This document shows, one piece after another, positions 1-9,731 of a stretch of 31,484 nucleotides of DNA. The DNA is from Octopus sinensis (taxonomy: Eukaryota). A program made the position numbers and the translations under genes. Below the pieces are notes generated by a model. The model saw only the letters and a list, made by a program, of their open reading frames with translations. It made no database searches and was not told the DNA's origin. Location of the stretch: contig NW_021832218.1 of the NCBI RefSeq assembly GCF_006345805.1, forward strand, positions 1 to 31,484. The letters are read 5' to 3'. Within the stretch, counting starts at the first letter, position 1. Each line of letters starts with the position of its first letter.

Positions 1-181
1 ATGAGTTGGATGAAATGAAGGAACACAACAGCAAAAGCTCTCCAAATTAACCATTCTCGTTCAATATTGAGAACAGCAACTCTTCCTCTGCCTACCACTC
101 AGCCATGCATCTGAAACCACACAACTGGCAATATTTTGCCGACCCCCATATGCGTAGTACCCCAGTATTATTGATTACCAT

Positions 182-414
182 AAGGCGGCGAGCTGGCAGG
201 AACGTTAGCACGCCGGCCAAAATGCCTTGCGGTATTTCGTCCGCCGCTGCGTTCTGAGTTCAAATTCCGCCGAGTCGACTTTGCCTTTCATTCTTTCGGG
301 GTCGATAAATTAAGTACCAGTTACGCACTGGGGTCGATATAATCGACTTAATCCGTTTTGTCATCCTTGTTTGTCCCCCTCTGTGTTTAGCCCCTTGTGG
401 GTAGTAAAGAAATA
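182..414 (+). mobile_element. tRNA-derived SINE, family 1, full length with target-site duplication
   Basis: A-box-like TGGCAGGAACGTTAG and B-box-like GAGTTCAAATTC, a central GCCTTTCATTCTTTCGGGGTCGATAAATTAAGTACCAG block and an AAAGAAAT end. Flanked by ATTATTG(G)ATTACCAT at 167-181 and 415-430. A second copy lies at 7706. Confidence 0.85.
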
Positions 415-639
415 ATTATTGGATTACCATGATTCTATTGGTCCGTTTCATAGTTCTTGGAGGAGGGACTCTGTGGGGGATGGTCTTGCCCGGTGTGTCG
501 AAAATCACCTCACCCTCCTCACCGACAACTAAACTGGTAGAATCACAAGTTCATTGTCGGCGACAAAAACATGCAGCGGATTGCACTGATTCTGGGTTAA
601 CAACAGGATTCTCGCGTGACATAATTGCACGTATACAAA

Positions 640-823
640 TGTGTGTGTGTGTGTGTTTATGTATGTTCTATGTACGTACGTACGTACGTACGTACGTACG
701 TATGTATGTATGTAATGTATGTATGTATGTATGTGTGTATGTATGTATGTATGTATGCACACAAACATACATGCATACGTGTATGCATGCATGCATACAT
801 ACATACATACATACATACATACA

Positions 824-855
<32 letters not shown>

Positions 856-866
856 CATAACATACA
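640..866. repeat. Compound microsatellite (TG)n-(TACG)n-(TATG)n followed by (CATA)n
   Basis: Read directly; source of the MYVC/HTYI pseudo-ORFs. Confidence 0.95.
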
Positions 867-867
867 T

Positions 868-1184
868 TATGGCTTCCCCCTCGTTATCGCGTATGGCCAT
901 TGCACGAAGCTTAACTGTTATTGGTGCTGTGATCGATGTGACTTTTTAGCCCAGCTAAAGATCTACAATGTCTTGTACAGAATTGGCAGCTAAAACCTTT
1001 ACCGGTAATAACCGTCTGTAGTTGTAACTGGGCTTCATGTCCTTTGCATGTCGTTTAAGTCCTCCTGCCGAATTACCTCTCTTCCAGATCTCCGACGATA
1101 TAATTAGTAATGTGTGTTCCACCACCACCAGTGGCCAGTTGTCACTCATCTGTCTCGTTTTATGACTACGAAGTCCTATTCCTG
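868..1184 (-). mobile_element. 3' end of an RTE-like LINE ORF with zinc-finger-like motifs; tail is the adjacent (ATGT)n
   Basis: Minus strand gives GIGLRSHK, SAGGLKRH and, in another frame, FSCQFCTRHCRSLAGLKSHIDH-stop, then a short UTR and a tetranucleotide tail. Confidence 0.5.
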
Positions 1185-1575
1185 TATGTATGTATGTATG
1201 TATGCATGTATGTGCGTATATGAGTATGTCTATAACAATAATATATGCATACATATGCATATGTATTATATATTTATATATGTATACACACATAGATACA
1301 TACATACATGTATATACACACACATACATACATACATACATGAAAAGACACCATACCTACATACATACATGCATACATACCCATACATGCATGCTACGTA
1401 CATACATACATACATACATACATACATACATACATACATACATACATACATACATACATACATACTCACAAACGCATACACATGTCATATGTGTGTATTG
1501 AATAAATTGAATAATTGTGTGTATGTGTGTGTGTGCATTGCGTGTGTGTTTGTGAGTGTGTGCGCGCGCGCGCGA
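1185..1575. repeat. (TATG)n/(CATA)n microsatellite, then (TG)n-(GC)n
   Basis: Read directly. Confidence 0.9.
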
Positions 1576-2284
1576 CAGAAAGACAGACCAGAGAATGAGA
1601 TTGAAGCATCTATCTACTTTCTAATCCAAGTAATATAATTGTTTCCATATTGTGTTTATGACGTCACAATATCGTTGACGTTTTTTTTTTTTTTTCGTGA
1701 GATTTGGTTTGAAAACTCTTCAGTCTCTTCACAACCTTTCTCGGTGATTAGAGGCTAGGGAATGTGTGCGCCAGGGGCGTACCCAGACATCTGAAGACTA
1801 GGGTGAAGTAACAGACATCTTCAGCTTGTTTTTATGTTTGTGTGAGGTTGTTTTATGCACCTTTGAGTTCTTAAGCACCCAATCTAACATGCTGGTTGGT
1901 AGCATAACATAGTGACAAGGTGTCCGGTAGCATTCCTGTACCCGATGAACTGTTAACCAGGCCATTTCAGGAGAGAAACCTGGGGTTCCAACCAGAAACA
2001 TATACCTCACTCGCAATACATTCCATAATATATTTTATTATAAATAGTGAGAAGTAAAGAATGTGACGTTAAAAATAAAGATGATGGAAACGAAATTCTG
2101 CTTCCTCAAGTTATAATCATTCGTGTGGTCAAGAAAATATACTTATAAACATGGTAAGTATTTAAATGAATATAAAAAATATTGTCTGTCTATTAAACTG
2201 TTTGAAGATCTTTTTAGAGATTTTTTTTTATAGTAAAGCAAAATAAATTCTTCATTAGGTGTTCGATATTCTGCTTATATCACT

Positions 2285-2516
2285 ATTTTTTGTCCTTCTC
2301 GAGTCATGCCTGGCTCATGAGGGTCGGTTTCCCTCTTTCATTGGCGTATAGGTTCCCTACCTGGACAGGATACCGGTCCCTTGCATGTGAGCTGCTAGAT
2401 GCAGGAGGAAAGTGTGAGAGGAAGTTGTGGTGAAAGAATCAGCGAAAGTAACTATTTCATTACTTTCTGCCGGAGCCACGTGGTGCTATGTATTTTGCTC
2501 ATAACCATAACAACAC
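2285..2516 (-). mobile_element. tRNA-derived SINE, family 2, 3' part (split by Gypsy copy 1)
   Basis: Joins the tRNA-like head at 6841-6924. The two halves are bracketed by TATTC(T/C)GCTTATA at 2267-2279 and 6925-6937. Confidence 0.75.
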
Positions 2517-2571
2517 TGTGGTGTGTGGGTGAAGGAGTGTGACGGATGGGGGAGAGCGGAAGTGGGGCTTG
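2517..2571 (+). repeat. Truncated 5' LTR of copy 1
   Basis: Matches the first 55 nt of the LTR at 6581, then jumps into gag sequence equivalent to ~8560. About 535 bp are missing, including U5, the PBS and the gag start. Confidence 0.9.
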
Positions 2572-3060
2572 GGGAGAATGAGATGGACTGGGCAACAGGT
2601 GGAACGTGTTTGCCAATGAGCTTAGAAGACTGGCTAAATTGGCGGGTTATGAGGGAGAGTCGCTAGAACGGACGGTTGGTTAGCGTTCGTGACCGGCTTT
2701 CCCGACATCATGTCGGTCGAGCTACAGAAGCTCCCCAGCGTGCGTTCGATGCCGATGGCCGATATCATATCGCGGGCACGTGTACTGGTTTCGTGCAGCA
2801 GGTTGACGTCGGTAGCAGCGACTGTAACGTCGAAAAGTGGCCCAGCTAGGAGCAACGGAGAGGGGCTGAGGAAGAACGCGTGCGATCGTTAAAGGACAGT
2901 GTTTCCGGTGCCAAGGCCCACACATGGTCCCCGACTGCGCGTCGCCCAAGCCTGAGGTGATTTGCTACCGGTGTCGAGAGCCAGGGCATGTAGCCAGCGA
3001 GTGTCTGCGGAGAAACGACCGCGGGAGACTACTGCGCCGGTAGTCGTCCCTTTGGATTAG
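2572..3060 (+). pseudogene. gag: gag C-terminal remnant with two CCHC knuckles (frameshifted)
   Basis: Near-identical to 8560-9052; the CFRCQGPHMV and CYRCREPGHVASEC motifs are present across frames. Confidence 0.85.
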
Positions 3061-3166
3061 TAGCGGCGCGTTTTCATCGCTACCTGTGGTCGACATCTGG
3101 TGAAGGGGACTGTCGCGAGCCCTGGTGGACACGGGCTGTACAACGACCTGATGACTACGGAAGTGG

Positions 3167-3719
3167 CATCCACCAGAATGTCGTCGATGTATGAATTGGT
3201 GGCACTTTTTACTCTGTCCACCTTCCCCAGGATGGCCTTGAGAATTGTTGCCATAATCTTCGGCGCTGAATTCAGCCCGAATCCCAACCTGATCAGACAG
3301 TACGTCCGGCCCCTATACTGACGAGCTGGTACTTCCATAATTTCTCAGCCACATGCACCTGTAGGTATGCCGACTTCAAATCGACAATCGTGGAGGCCCC
3401 CGTCGTCTCCTCCACTGTCGCAAGGTGTCCCGCAGACATCCGTGGCCTCGCCGCCTGTATGACACGACACGTGGTCATTCAGCTCTCTCGGAAGTGAGCA
3501 CTGGCCTGACCTTATGCTTTGTGGGCTGTATCACCGCCATCAGTGGCATGACTCCGCTCTCTTCTTTTTCCCAGGGGATCAGTATGCCCTCCTTAATCCA
3601 CCGCTCCACCTCCCCCTCGAACTCACTTCTGGCATCTCCTTTTAGAGTATGCTGATAGCAGCCCACTTTATTCTTAACATCGGGCTCTCCCTTCCAGTGC
3701 CACTCCACTGTCCACCTCT
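3167..3719 (-). pseudogene. Inverted duplicate of the element's own RT N-terminal/core region, inserted in the protease
   Basis: Reverse complement of 4134-4691; minus-strand ORFs read YCLIRLGFGLNSAPK...NSYIDD. Confidence 0.95.
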
Positions 3720-3811
3720 AGACTGCCCTAACACTGCTTCCTCCACTCCACATGCACTTCGCAGTGCACTTCTCTTCCGTCGACTGCCCTAACACTGCTT
3801 CCTCCACTCCA

Positions 3812-6544
3812 TGGAGTGGAGGAAGCAGTGTTAGGGCAGTCGACGGAAGAGAAGTGCACTGCGAAGGGGTTACGGATGCGCAGATTGTGGTGCAGGGACT
3901 ACAGCTGACGTTGCGAGCAATTGTGGTTGGTCACTTGGTGGACGAGATTGACGTGGTGATGGGGATGGATGCAATCACCCGCTTTGGAGGTGTCACCGTC
4001 AACGAGGCTGGCGTAACGTTTGGGTTAGCGGGGAAACCGTGTAGGGCGAGACCACGCACCGACGACAACCGTGAGGTAAAGGATGCGGCGCACACCATTG
4101 AAGACCAGGATTTTCGGGCTGTCTTTGATGGCAAGAGGTGGACAGTGGAGTGGCACTGGAAGGGAGAGCCCCCGATGTTAAAGAATAAAGTGGGCTGCTA
4201 TCAGCATACTCTAAAAGGAGATGCCAGAAGTGAGTTCGAGGGGGAAGTGGAGCGGTGGATTAAGGAGGGCATACTGATCCCTTGGGAAAAAGAAGAGAGC
4301 GGAGTCCTGCCACTGATGGCGGTGATACAGCCCACAAAGCATAAGGTCAGGCCAGTGCTTGACTTCCGAGAGCTGAATCACCACGTGTCGTGTCATACAG
4401 GCGGCGAGGCCACGGATGTCTGCGAAGACACCTTGCGAGAGTGGAGGCAGACGACGGGGGCCTCCACGATTGTCGATTTGAAGTCGGCATACCTACAGGT
4501 GCATGTGGCTGAGAAATTATGGAAGTACCAGCTCGTCAGGTATAGGGGCCGGACGTACTGTCTGACCAGGTTGGGATTCGGGCTGAATTCAGCGCCGAAG
4601 ATTATGGCAACAATTCTCAAGGCCATCCTGGGGAAGGTGGACAGAGTAAAAAGGGCCACCAATTCATACATCGACGACATTCTGGTGGATGAAACCGTGA
4701 TACCAGCAACGGAGGTCATAGGCCACCTGAAGAGTTTTGGACTGATCGCCAAGCCGCCAGAGGCTATGGAGGGAGGTGCTGCACTGGGCCTCAAGCTATG
4801 GAGAGACAAGGCCGGCGCCTTGGTGTTCCGGCGAGGGAATGAGGTCCCTGAACTGGGCGCCAGCATGAGTAGACGGAACTGTTCTCTGTGTGTGGGAAGC
4901 TGGTGGGACACTACCCGATTGCAGGCTGGCTCCGGACAGCATGTAGCTTCATCAAGAGACGAGCCGAAGGAGTGAAGTGGAATGATAAAGTGGGGGGAGA
5001 GGACAATCGACATGATGCAGGAAGTCTTGGTCAGAGTAGGAGCAGAGGACCAGTGAGGGGCAACTGGTATGTTCCCAAATCAAAGAGCGGATCGTATGGT
5101 GTGACGCCAGTAGCATCGCAATAGGGGTCGTCTTGGAAGTGGGAGGTGTCACGGTGGAAGATGCGGCCTGGCTCAGGAAGATGGATGACTGCAATCACAT
5201 CAACGTGGCGGAGTTGGATGCCGTGCTGAAGGGGGTGAACCTAGCCTTGAAGTGGGGGTTGCACACCATAGAAATCAGGACTGATTCGGCCACTGTACTT
5301 GGTTGGGCGACAGCAGTCATCACCGATGAGAGGAGGGTGCGGACCAAAGGGGCTGCAGAGATCCTGGTAAAGCGTCGATTAGGAATACTGCGTGAACTAA
5401 CCACTGAGTTCAATCTGAAGCTGAGCGTGATCTTTGTGCCTTCTGAGAAGAACAGGGCAGACGTCCTGACCAGGGTAAAGCGAGCCTGGTTGAAGGTGCC
5501 AGAGGAATGCGAAGCAGGATGTAGCTGCAGTATGCCGTCTGAGCGACTCGGAGTTACGGAGACTACACACCATGCATCACATGGGTGTGGACAGGACATT
5601 GTTCCTAGCCAGAAAAGTTGACTCCGACGTAACAAGACAGAGCGTGCAGAGAGTGGTTAGCAGTTGTGACAGGTGCCAGTCCATCGACCCTGCTCCGGTC
5701 GTGCATGAAGCGGGAAGTATTCCAGTGGACCAGGACTGGAGACGACTGGCGGTGGACATAACACACTACCGGCAGGGGACATACCTCTCAATGATTGACT
5801 GCAGACCGGGGCGGGTGAAGGGAGATGAAGTCGGGGACCGCAGAAGAAATTGTGAAAGTGTTGAATGAGATATTCCTGGAACGAGGCCCCGTGGATGAAC
5901 TGCTTCTGGACAACGGCACTGCATTTCGCTCGGATGTGCTGAGAGAAATGCTTGATGAGTGGAAGGTCAACCGCTTCTTCAGGGCGGCATACCGGCCAAG
6001 TGGAAACGGGGTGGTGGAAAGGCATCATCGTACCATCAAGGCCATGGCAGAGAGGGGTCACATTTCACCAGTCGAGGCCGTGTTTTGGTACAATATGTCG
6101 CCCAGATCAGGACAGGCTGAGGAGTCGGTGCCACACAGGGCAATATTCAGGTACGAGTGGAGGCATCCGTGTACTACATCAAAGCGACCCGGGGCAGAGG
6201 AAGAGCACGCCTTCGTGCAGGTCGGGGAGGAAGTCTGGGTAAAACCCCCAAACGCACGGTGTACATCGCAATGGGGAAAGGGGACAATAACCTCCGTAAA
6301 TTCAAAGAATAACATCTCGGTCGATGGTATGCCACGCCACGTTTTGGACATACGGAGGATTGTCCATGCCCCAGAGGATGGGGCCAGCAGCAGTGGGCAA
6401 GACGAAAACAACAGACAGGATGACGAGGTCGGCAGCAACACGCCAGGTACAAGTCCTAGGGTCGCACTGCGACCACAGAGGGAGCGGCACCCTCCTCCCT
6501 GGTTGGCTGATTATGAAACCAGTTTCAGGTGCGGGAGTGAGTGA
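3812..6544 (+). pseudogene. pol: pol: protease C-half, RT, RNase H, integrase (frameshifted)
   Basis: ORF 3752-4975 (VLDFRELN, DLKSAYLQ, FGLNSAP, YIDD); ORF 5133-5621 (HINVAELDAV, IRTDS); ORFs 5572-5868 and 5825-6544 (H..H..C..C, VDIT, LLDNG, NGVVERHHRTIK). Confidence 0.92.
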
Positions 6545-6566
6545 GGAAGCCGGTTCAGTGATCTGT

Positions 6567-6580
6567 AGATCAGGGGGGCG
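6567..6580 (+). promoter_or_regulatory. Polypurine tract of copy 1
   Basis: AGATCAGGGGGGCG directly before the 3' LTR; the same 14-mer is at 12485-12498. Confidence 0.8.
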
Positions 6581-6840
6581 TGTGGTGTGTGGTGAAGGAG
6601 TGTGGCGGATGGGGGAGAGCGGAAGTGGGGCTTGCAGGGTTTGCAGGGCGCATGCGCCGGAGGAAGCGGAAGTGACAGGCAGAACGCACGTGCAGCATTG
6701 AGGAGTTGCGGAAGACAGGACGAAGGGACCAGACGAGCGAGTTGGCTAAAAGCGATCCAAGTTCATCTCCGACGAGGTAAGACCCAATTACATTTCCATT
6801 CTCCCTTTTTCTGTTGTACTCTTTTCACCGTTTACACACA
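6581..6840 (+). repeat. 3' LTR of copy 1
   Basis: Aligns along its length with 7968-8238 and 12499-12775. Confidence 0.9.
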
Positions 6841-6924
6841 CACACATCCCCCGGTCTGAGATTCGAACCCGCGAATTCTCGACCGCGAGTCCGCTGTTCT
6901 AACCACTAGGTTATGTGCCTCCAC
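6841..6924 (-). mobile_element. SINE family 2, 5' tRNA-like head
   Basis: Reverse complement GTGGAGGCACATAACCTAGTGGTTAG...GGGTTCGAATCTCAGACCGG carries Pol III A and B boxes. Confidence 0.8.
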
Positions 6925-6984
6925 TATTCCGCTTATACTTACCACTATTGTTGCAATCATAAGAACACATAAAACATCGGTTGC

Positions 6985-7500
6985 AAATGTGTGTGTGCGT
7001 GTGTGTGTGTGAGTGTGTATGTGTGCGTGTGTGTTTGTGTTTGATGTGTGTGCGTGAGTGTGTATGTCTGTTGTGAGTGTGTGTATGTGTGCGTGAGTGT
7101 GTGTATGTTTGTTGTGAGTGTTTGTGTTTGTGTTTGATGTGTGTGCGTGAGTGTGTATGTCTGTTGTGAGTGTGTGTATGTGTGCGTGAGTGTGCGTATG
7201 TTTGTTGTGAGTGTGTATGTGTGCGTGTGTGTTTGTTTGATGTGTGTGCGTGAGTGTGTATGTTTGTTGTTAGTTTGTGTATGTGTGTGTGTGTGTTTGT
7301 TGTGAGTGTATATGTGTGCGTGTGTGTTTGTGCTTGATGTGTGTGTGTGTGTATGTGTGCGTGAGTGTGTGTGTGTTTGTGAGTGTGTATGTGTGCGTGT
7401 GTGTTTGTGCTTGATGTGTGTGTGTGTGTATGTGTGCGTGAGTGTGTGTGTGTTTGTGAGTGTGTATGTGTGCGTGTGTGTTTGTGCTTGTGTGTGTGTA
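6985..7500. repeat. GT-rich degenerate minisatellite
   Basis: Repeating GTGTGCGTGAGTGTGTATGT(C/T)TGTTGTGA-type units. Confidence 0.9.
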
Positions 7501-7705
7501 GATGTGAGTATCTATTGGTCTCCTTCAGTCATTCTCTATCTCTCTGTCTTCATCATCCCGCCAGACACGCATTTTGAGTCAATCTACGAACGTGTGTTTG
7601 ATTGCTGTGTGTGTCAGTGTGTGTGTGCGTATGCATGCGCGCTCGCAGGCGCGTTTTTTTGCGTCTGCTTCTGTGCATGTGCGTAGACTACCAAGATGAT
7701 GTGCG

Positions 7706-7925
7706 TGGCAGAAACGTTAGCACGCCGGGCGAAATGCATATCCGTATTTCGTCTGCCGTTACGTTCTGAGTTTAAATTCCACCGAGGTCGACTTTGCCTT
7801 TCATCCTTTCGGAGTCGATAAATTAAGTACCAGTTACGCACTGGGGGCGATATAATCGACTTAATCCGTTTGTCTGTCCTTGTTTGTCCCCTCTGTGTTT
7901 AGCCCCTTGTGGGTAGTAAAGAAAT
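7706..7925 (+). mobile_element. SINE family 1, second copy (5' edge diverged)
   Basis: Co-linear with 194-414. Confidence 0.85.
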
Positions 7926-7967
7926 GCATATATGTATTATGTAAGCACGTATGTATATGCTTGTATA

Positions 7968-8238
7968 TGTGGTGTGATGGTGAAGGAGTGTGACGGAATG
8001 GGGGGGGGAGCGGAAATGGGGCTTGCAGGTCTTGCAGGGCGCATGCGCGAGCGGAAGCGGAAGTGACAGACAGAACGCACGTGCGGCATTGACCAGTTGC
8101 GCCAGACACGACGAAGACACCGAGAAGACACGACGCGAGCGAGTTGGCTAAAGGCGATCCGAGTTCATCTCCGGCCAGGTAAGACCCAATTACATTTCCA
8201 TTCCTTTCCTTGTTCTGTTGTACTCTTTTCATACTACA
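7968..8238 (+). repeat. 5' LTR of copy 2
   Basis: TGTGG start and CATACTACA end shared with the 3' LTR. Confidence 0.93.
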
Positions 8239-8250
8239 AGCTATTTCGGC
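8239..8250 (+). promoter_or_regulatory. Candidate non-canonical primer-binding site complementary to tRNA-Phe nt 1-12
   Basis: AGCTATTTCGGC is the reverse complement of GCCGAAAUAGCU, the 5' end of metazoan cytosolic tRNA-Phe(GAA). It abuts the LTR; there is no TGG-type PBS. Confidence 0.65.
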
Positions 8251-8291
8251 AAATAATCATTCGGTTTCGTAAAAAATAAAAGTAGAAAATT

Positions 8292-9052
8292 ATGCAGAGT
8301 GCTATGGTTTCACACACGAGCCTATAACACCGTTTTGCGGCGACACCGATGTGGTCGTTTGGTTGAAGAGGGTAAAGTTGGTGGCGAAGCTCCACGGTAT
8401 AGCTGACCTGGCTAGTTTTTATGCCGTTTGTATTTGGATGGCCCGGCCTTGGCGTTATATTTAGAGATGGAGGAGACGGACCAACTCAGCGCAGATAAAG
8501 TGGAGATCCGACTTATGGAGGCTTTCGCGGAAGGAATGTTTGAAGCGTACGCTCGGCTGGGTAGAATGAGATGGATTCGGACAACAGGTGGACGTGTTCG
8601 CCGGTGAGATTAGAAGGTTGGCTAAACTGGCGGGATATGAGGGAGAGTCGCTAGAACGGACGGTTAGGTTAGCGTTCGTGACCGGCTTTCCCGACATCAT
8701 GTCGGTCGAGCTACAGAAGCTCCCGAACGTGCGTTCGATGCCGATGGCCGATATCATATCGCGGGCACGTGTACTGGTTTCGTGCAGCAGGTTGACGTCG
8801 GTAGCAGCGACTGTAACGTCGAAAAGTGGCCCAGCTAGGAGCAACGGAGAGGGGCTGAGGAAAGAACGCGTGCGATCGTTCAAAGGACAGTGTTTCCGGT
8901 GCCAAGGCCCACACATGGTCCGCGACTGCGCGTCGCCCAAGCGAGAGGTGGTTTGCTACCGGTGTCGAGAGCCAGGGCATGTAGCCAGCGAGTGTCTGCG
9001 GGGAAACGGACCGCGGGAGACTACTGCGCCGGTAGTCGTCCCTTTGGATTAG
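8292..9052 (+). pseudogene. gag: gag (frameshifted) with CX2CX3HX4C and CX2CX4HX4C knuckles
   Basis: DVVVWLKRVKLVAKLHGIADLASF, then ORF 8588-9052 with CFRCQGPHMVRDC and CYRCREPGHVASEC. Start codon uncertain. Confidence 0.85.
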
Positions 9053-9163
9053 TAGCGGCGCGTTTATCATCGCTACCTGTGGTCGACATTCTGGTGAAGG
9101 GGAAGATGTCGCGAGCCCTGGTGGACACGGGCTGTACAACGACCCTGATGACTACGGAAGTGG

Positions 9164-9721
9164 CATCCACCAGAATGTCGTCGATGTATGAATTGGTGGC
9201 ACTTTTTACTCTGTCCACCTTCCCCAGGATGGCCTTGAGAATTGTTGCCATAATGTTCGGCGCTGAATTCAGCCCGAATCCCAACCTGATCAGACAGTAC
9301 GTCCGGCCCCTATACCTGACGAGCTGGTACTTCCATAATTTCTCAGCCACATGCACCTGGAGGTATGCCGACTTCAAATCGACAATCGTGGAGGCCCCCG
9401 TCGTCTGCCTCCACTGTCGCAAGGTGTCTCCGCAGACATCCGTAGCCTCGCCGCCTGTATGACACGACACGTGGTCATTCAGCTCTCGGAAGTCGAGCAC
9501 TGGCCTGACCTATGCTTTGTGGGCTGTATCACCGCCATCAGTGGCAGGACTCCGCTCTCTCTTCTTTTTCCCAGGGAATCAATATGCCCTCCTTAATCCA
9601 CCGCTCCACTTCCCCTCGAACTCACTTCTGGCATCTCCTTTTAGAGTATGCTGATAGCAGCCCACTTTATTCTTTAACATCGGGGGCTCTCCCTTCCAGT
9701 GCCACTCCACTGTCCACCTCT
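9164..9721 (-). pseudogene. Inverted RT duplicate in copy 2, same junctions as in copy 1
   Basis: Reverse complement of 10053-10609; junctions GAAGTGGCATCCACCAG and CCACCTCTAGACTGCCCT are identical in both copies. Confidence 0.95.
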
Positions 9722-9731
9722 AGACTGCCCT

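Larger units (their letters stand above)
2517..6840 (+). mobile_element. Ty3/Gypsy LTR retrotransposon, copy 1 (5' deletion, internal inverted duplication)
   Basis: Starts TGTGG like the other LTRs. Order is gag zinc knuckles, protease LVDTG, RT YIDD, RNase H, integrase, PPT, 3' LTR. The exact 3' end is blurred by a CA run. Confidence 0.95.

Noticed and set aside
430-620. Possible minus-strand exon VVGEEGEVIFDTPGKTIPHRVPPP
   Set aside because: Weak acceptor, the donor falls in the SINE TSD, and I recognise no homology.
1659-1666. Perfect CRE palindrome TGACGTCA
   Set aside because: A single 8-mer with no promoter context.
2101-2160. Possible 43-nt exon (CTTCCTCAAG acceptor, ATG/GTAAGT donor)
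   Set aside because: Strong donor only; no recognisable peptide or partner exon. Needs RNA-seq.
3167-4691. ADAR hyper-editing signature fixed in the hairpin arms
   Set aside because: The arm differences are mixed (T/G, T/C, C/G), with no run of A-to-G changes.
6841-6924. tRNA gene
   Set aside because: It has A and B boxes but no proper acceptor stem, and continues into a SINE body with a TSD.
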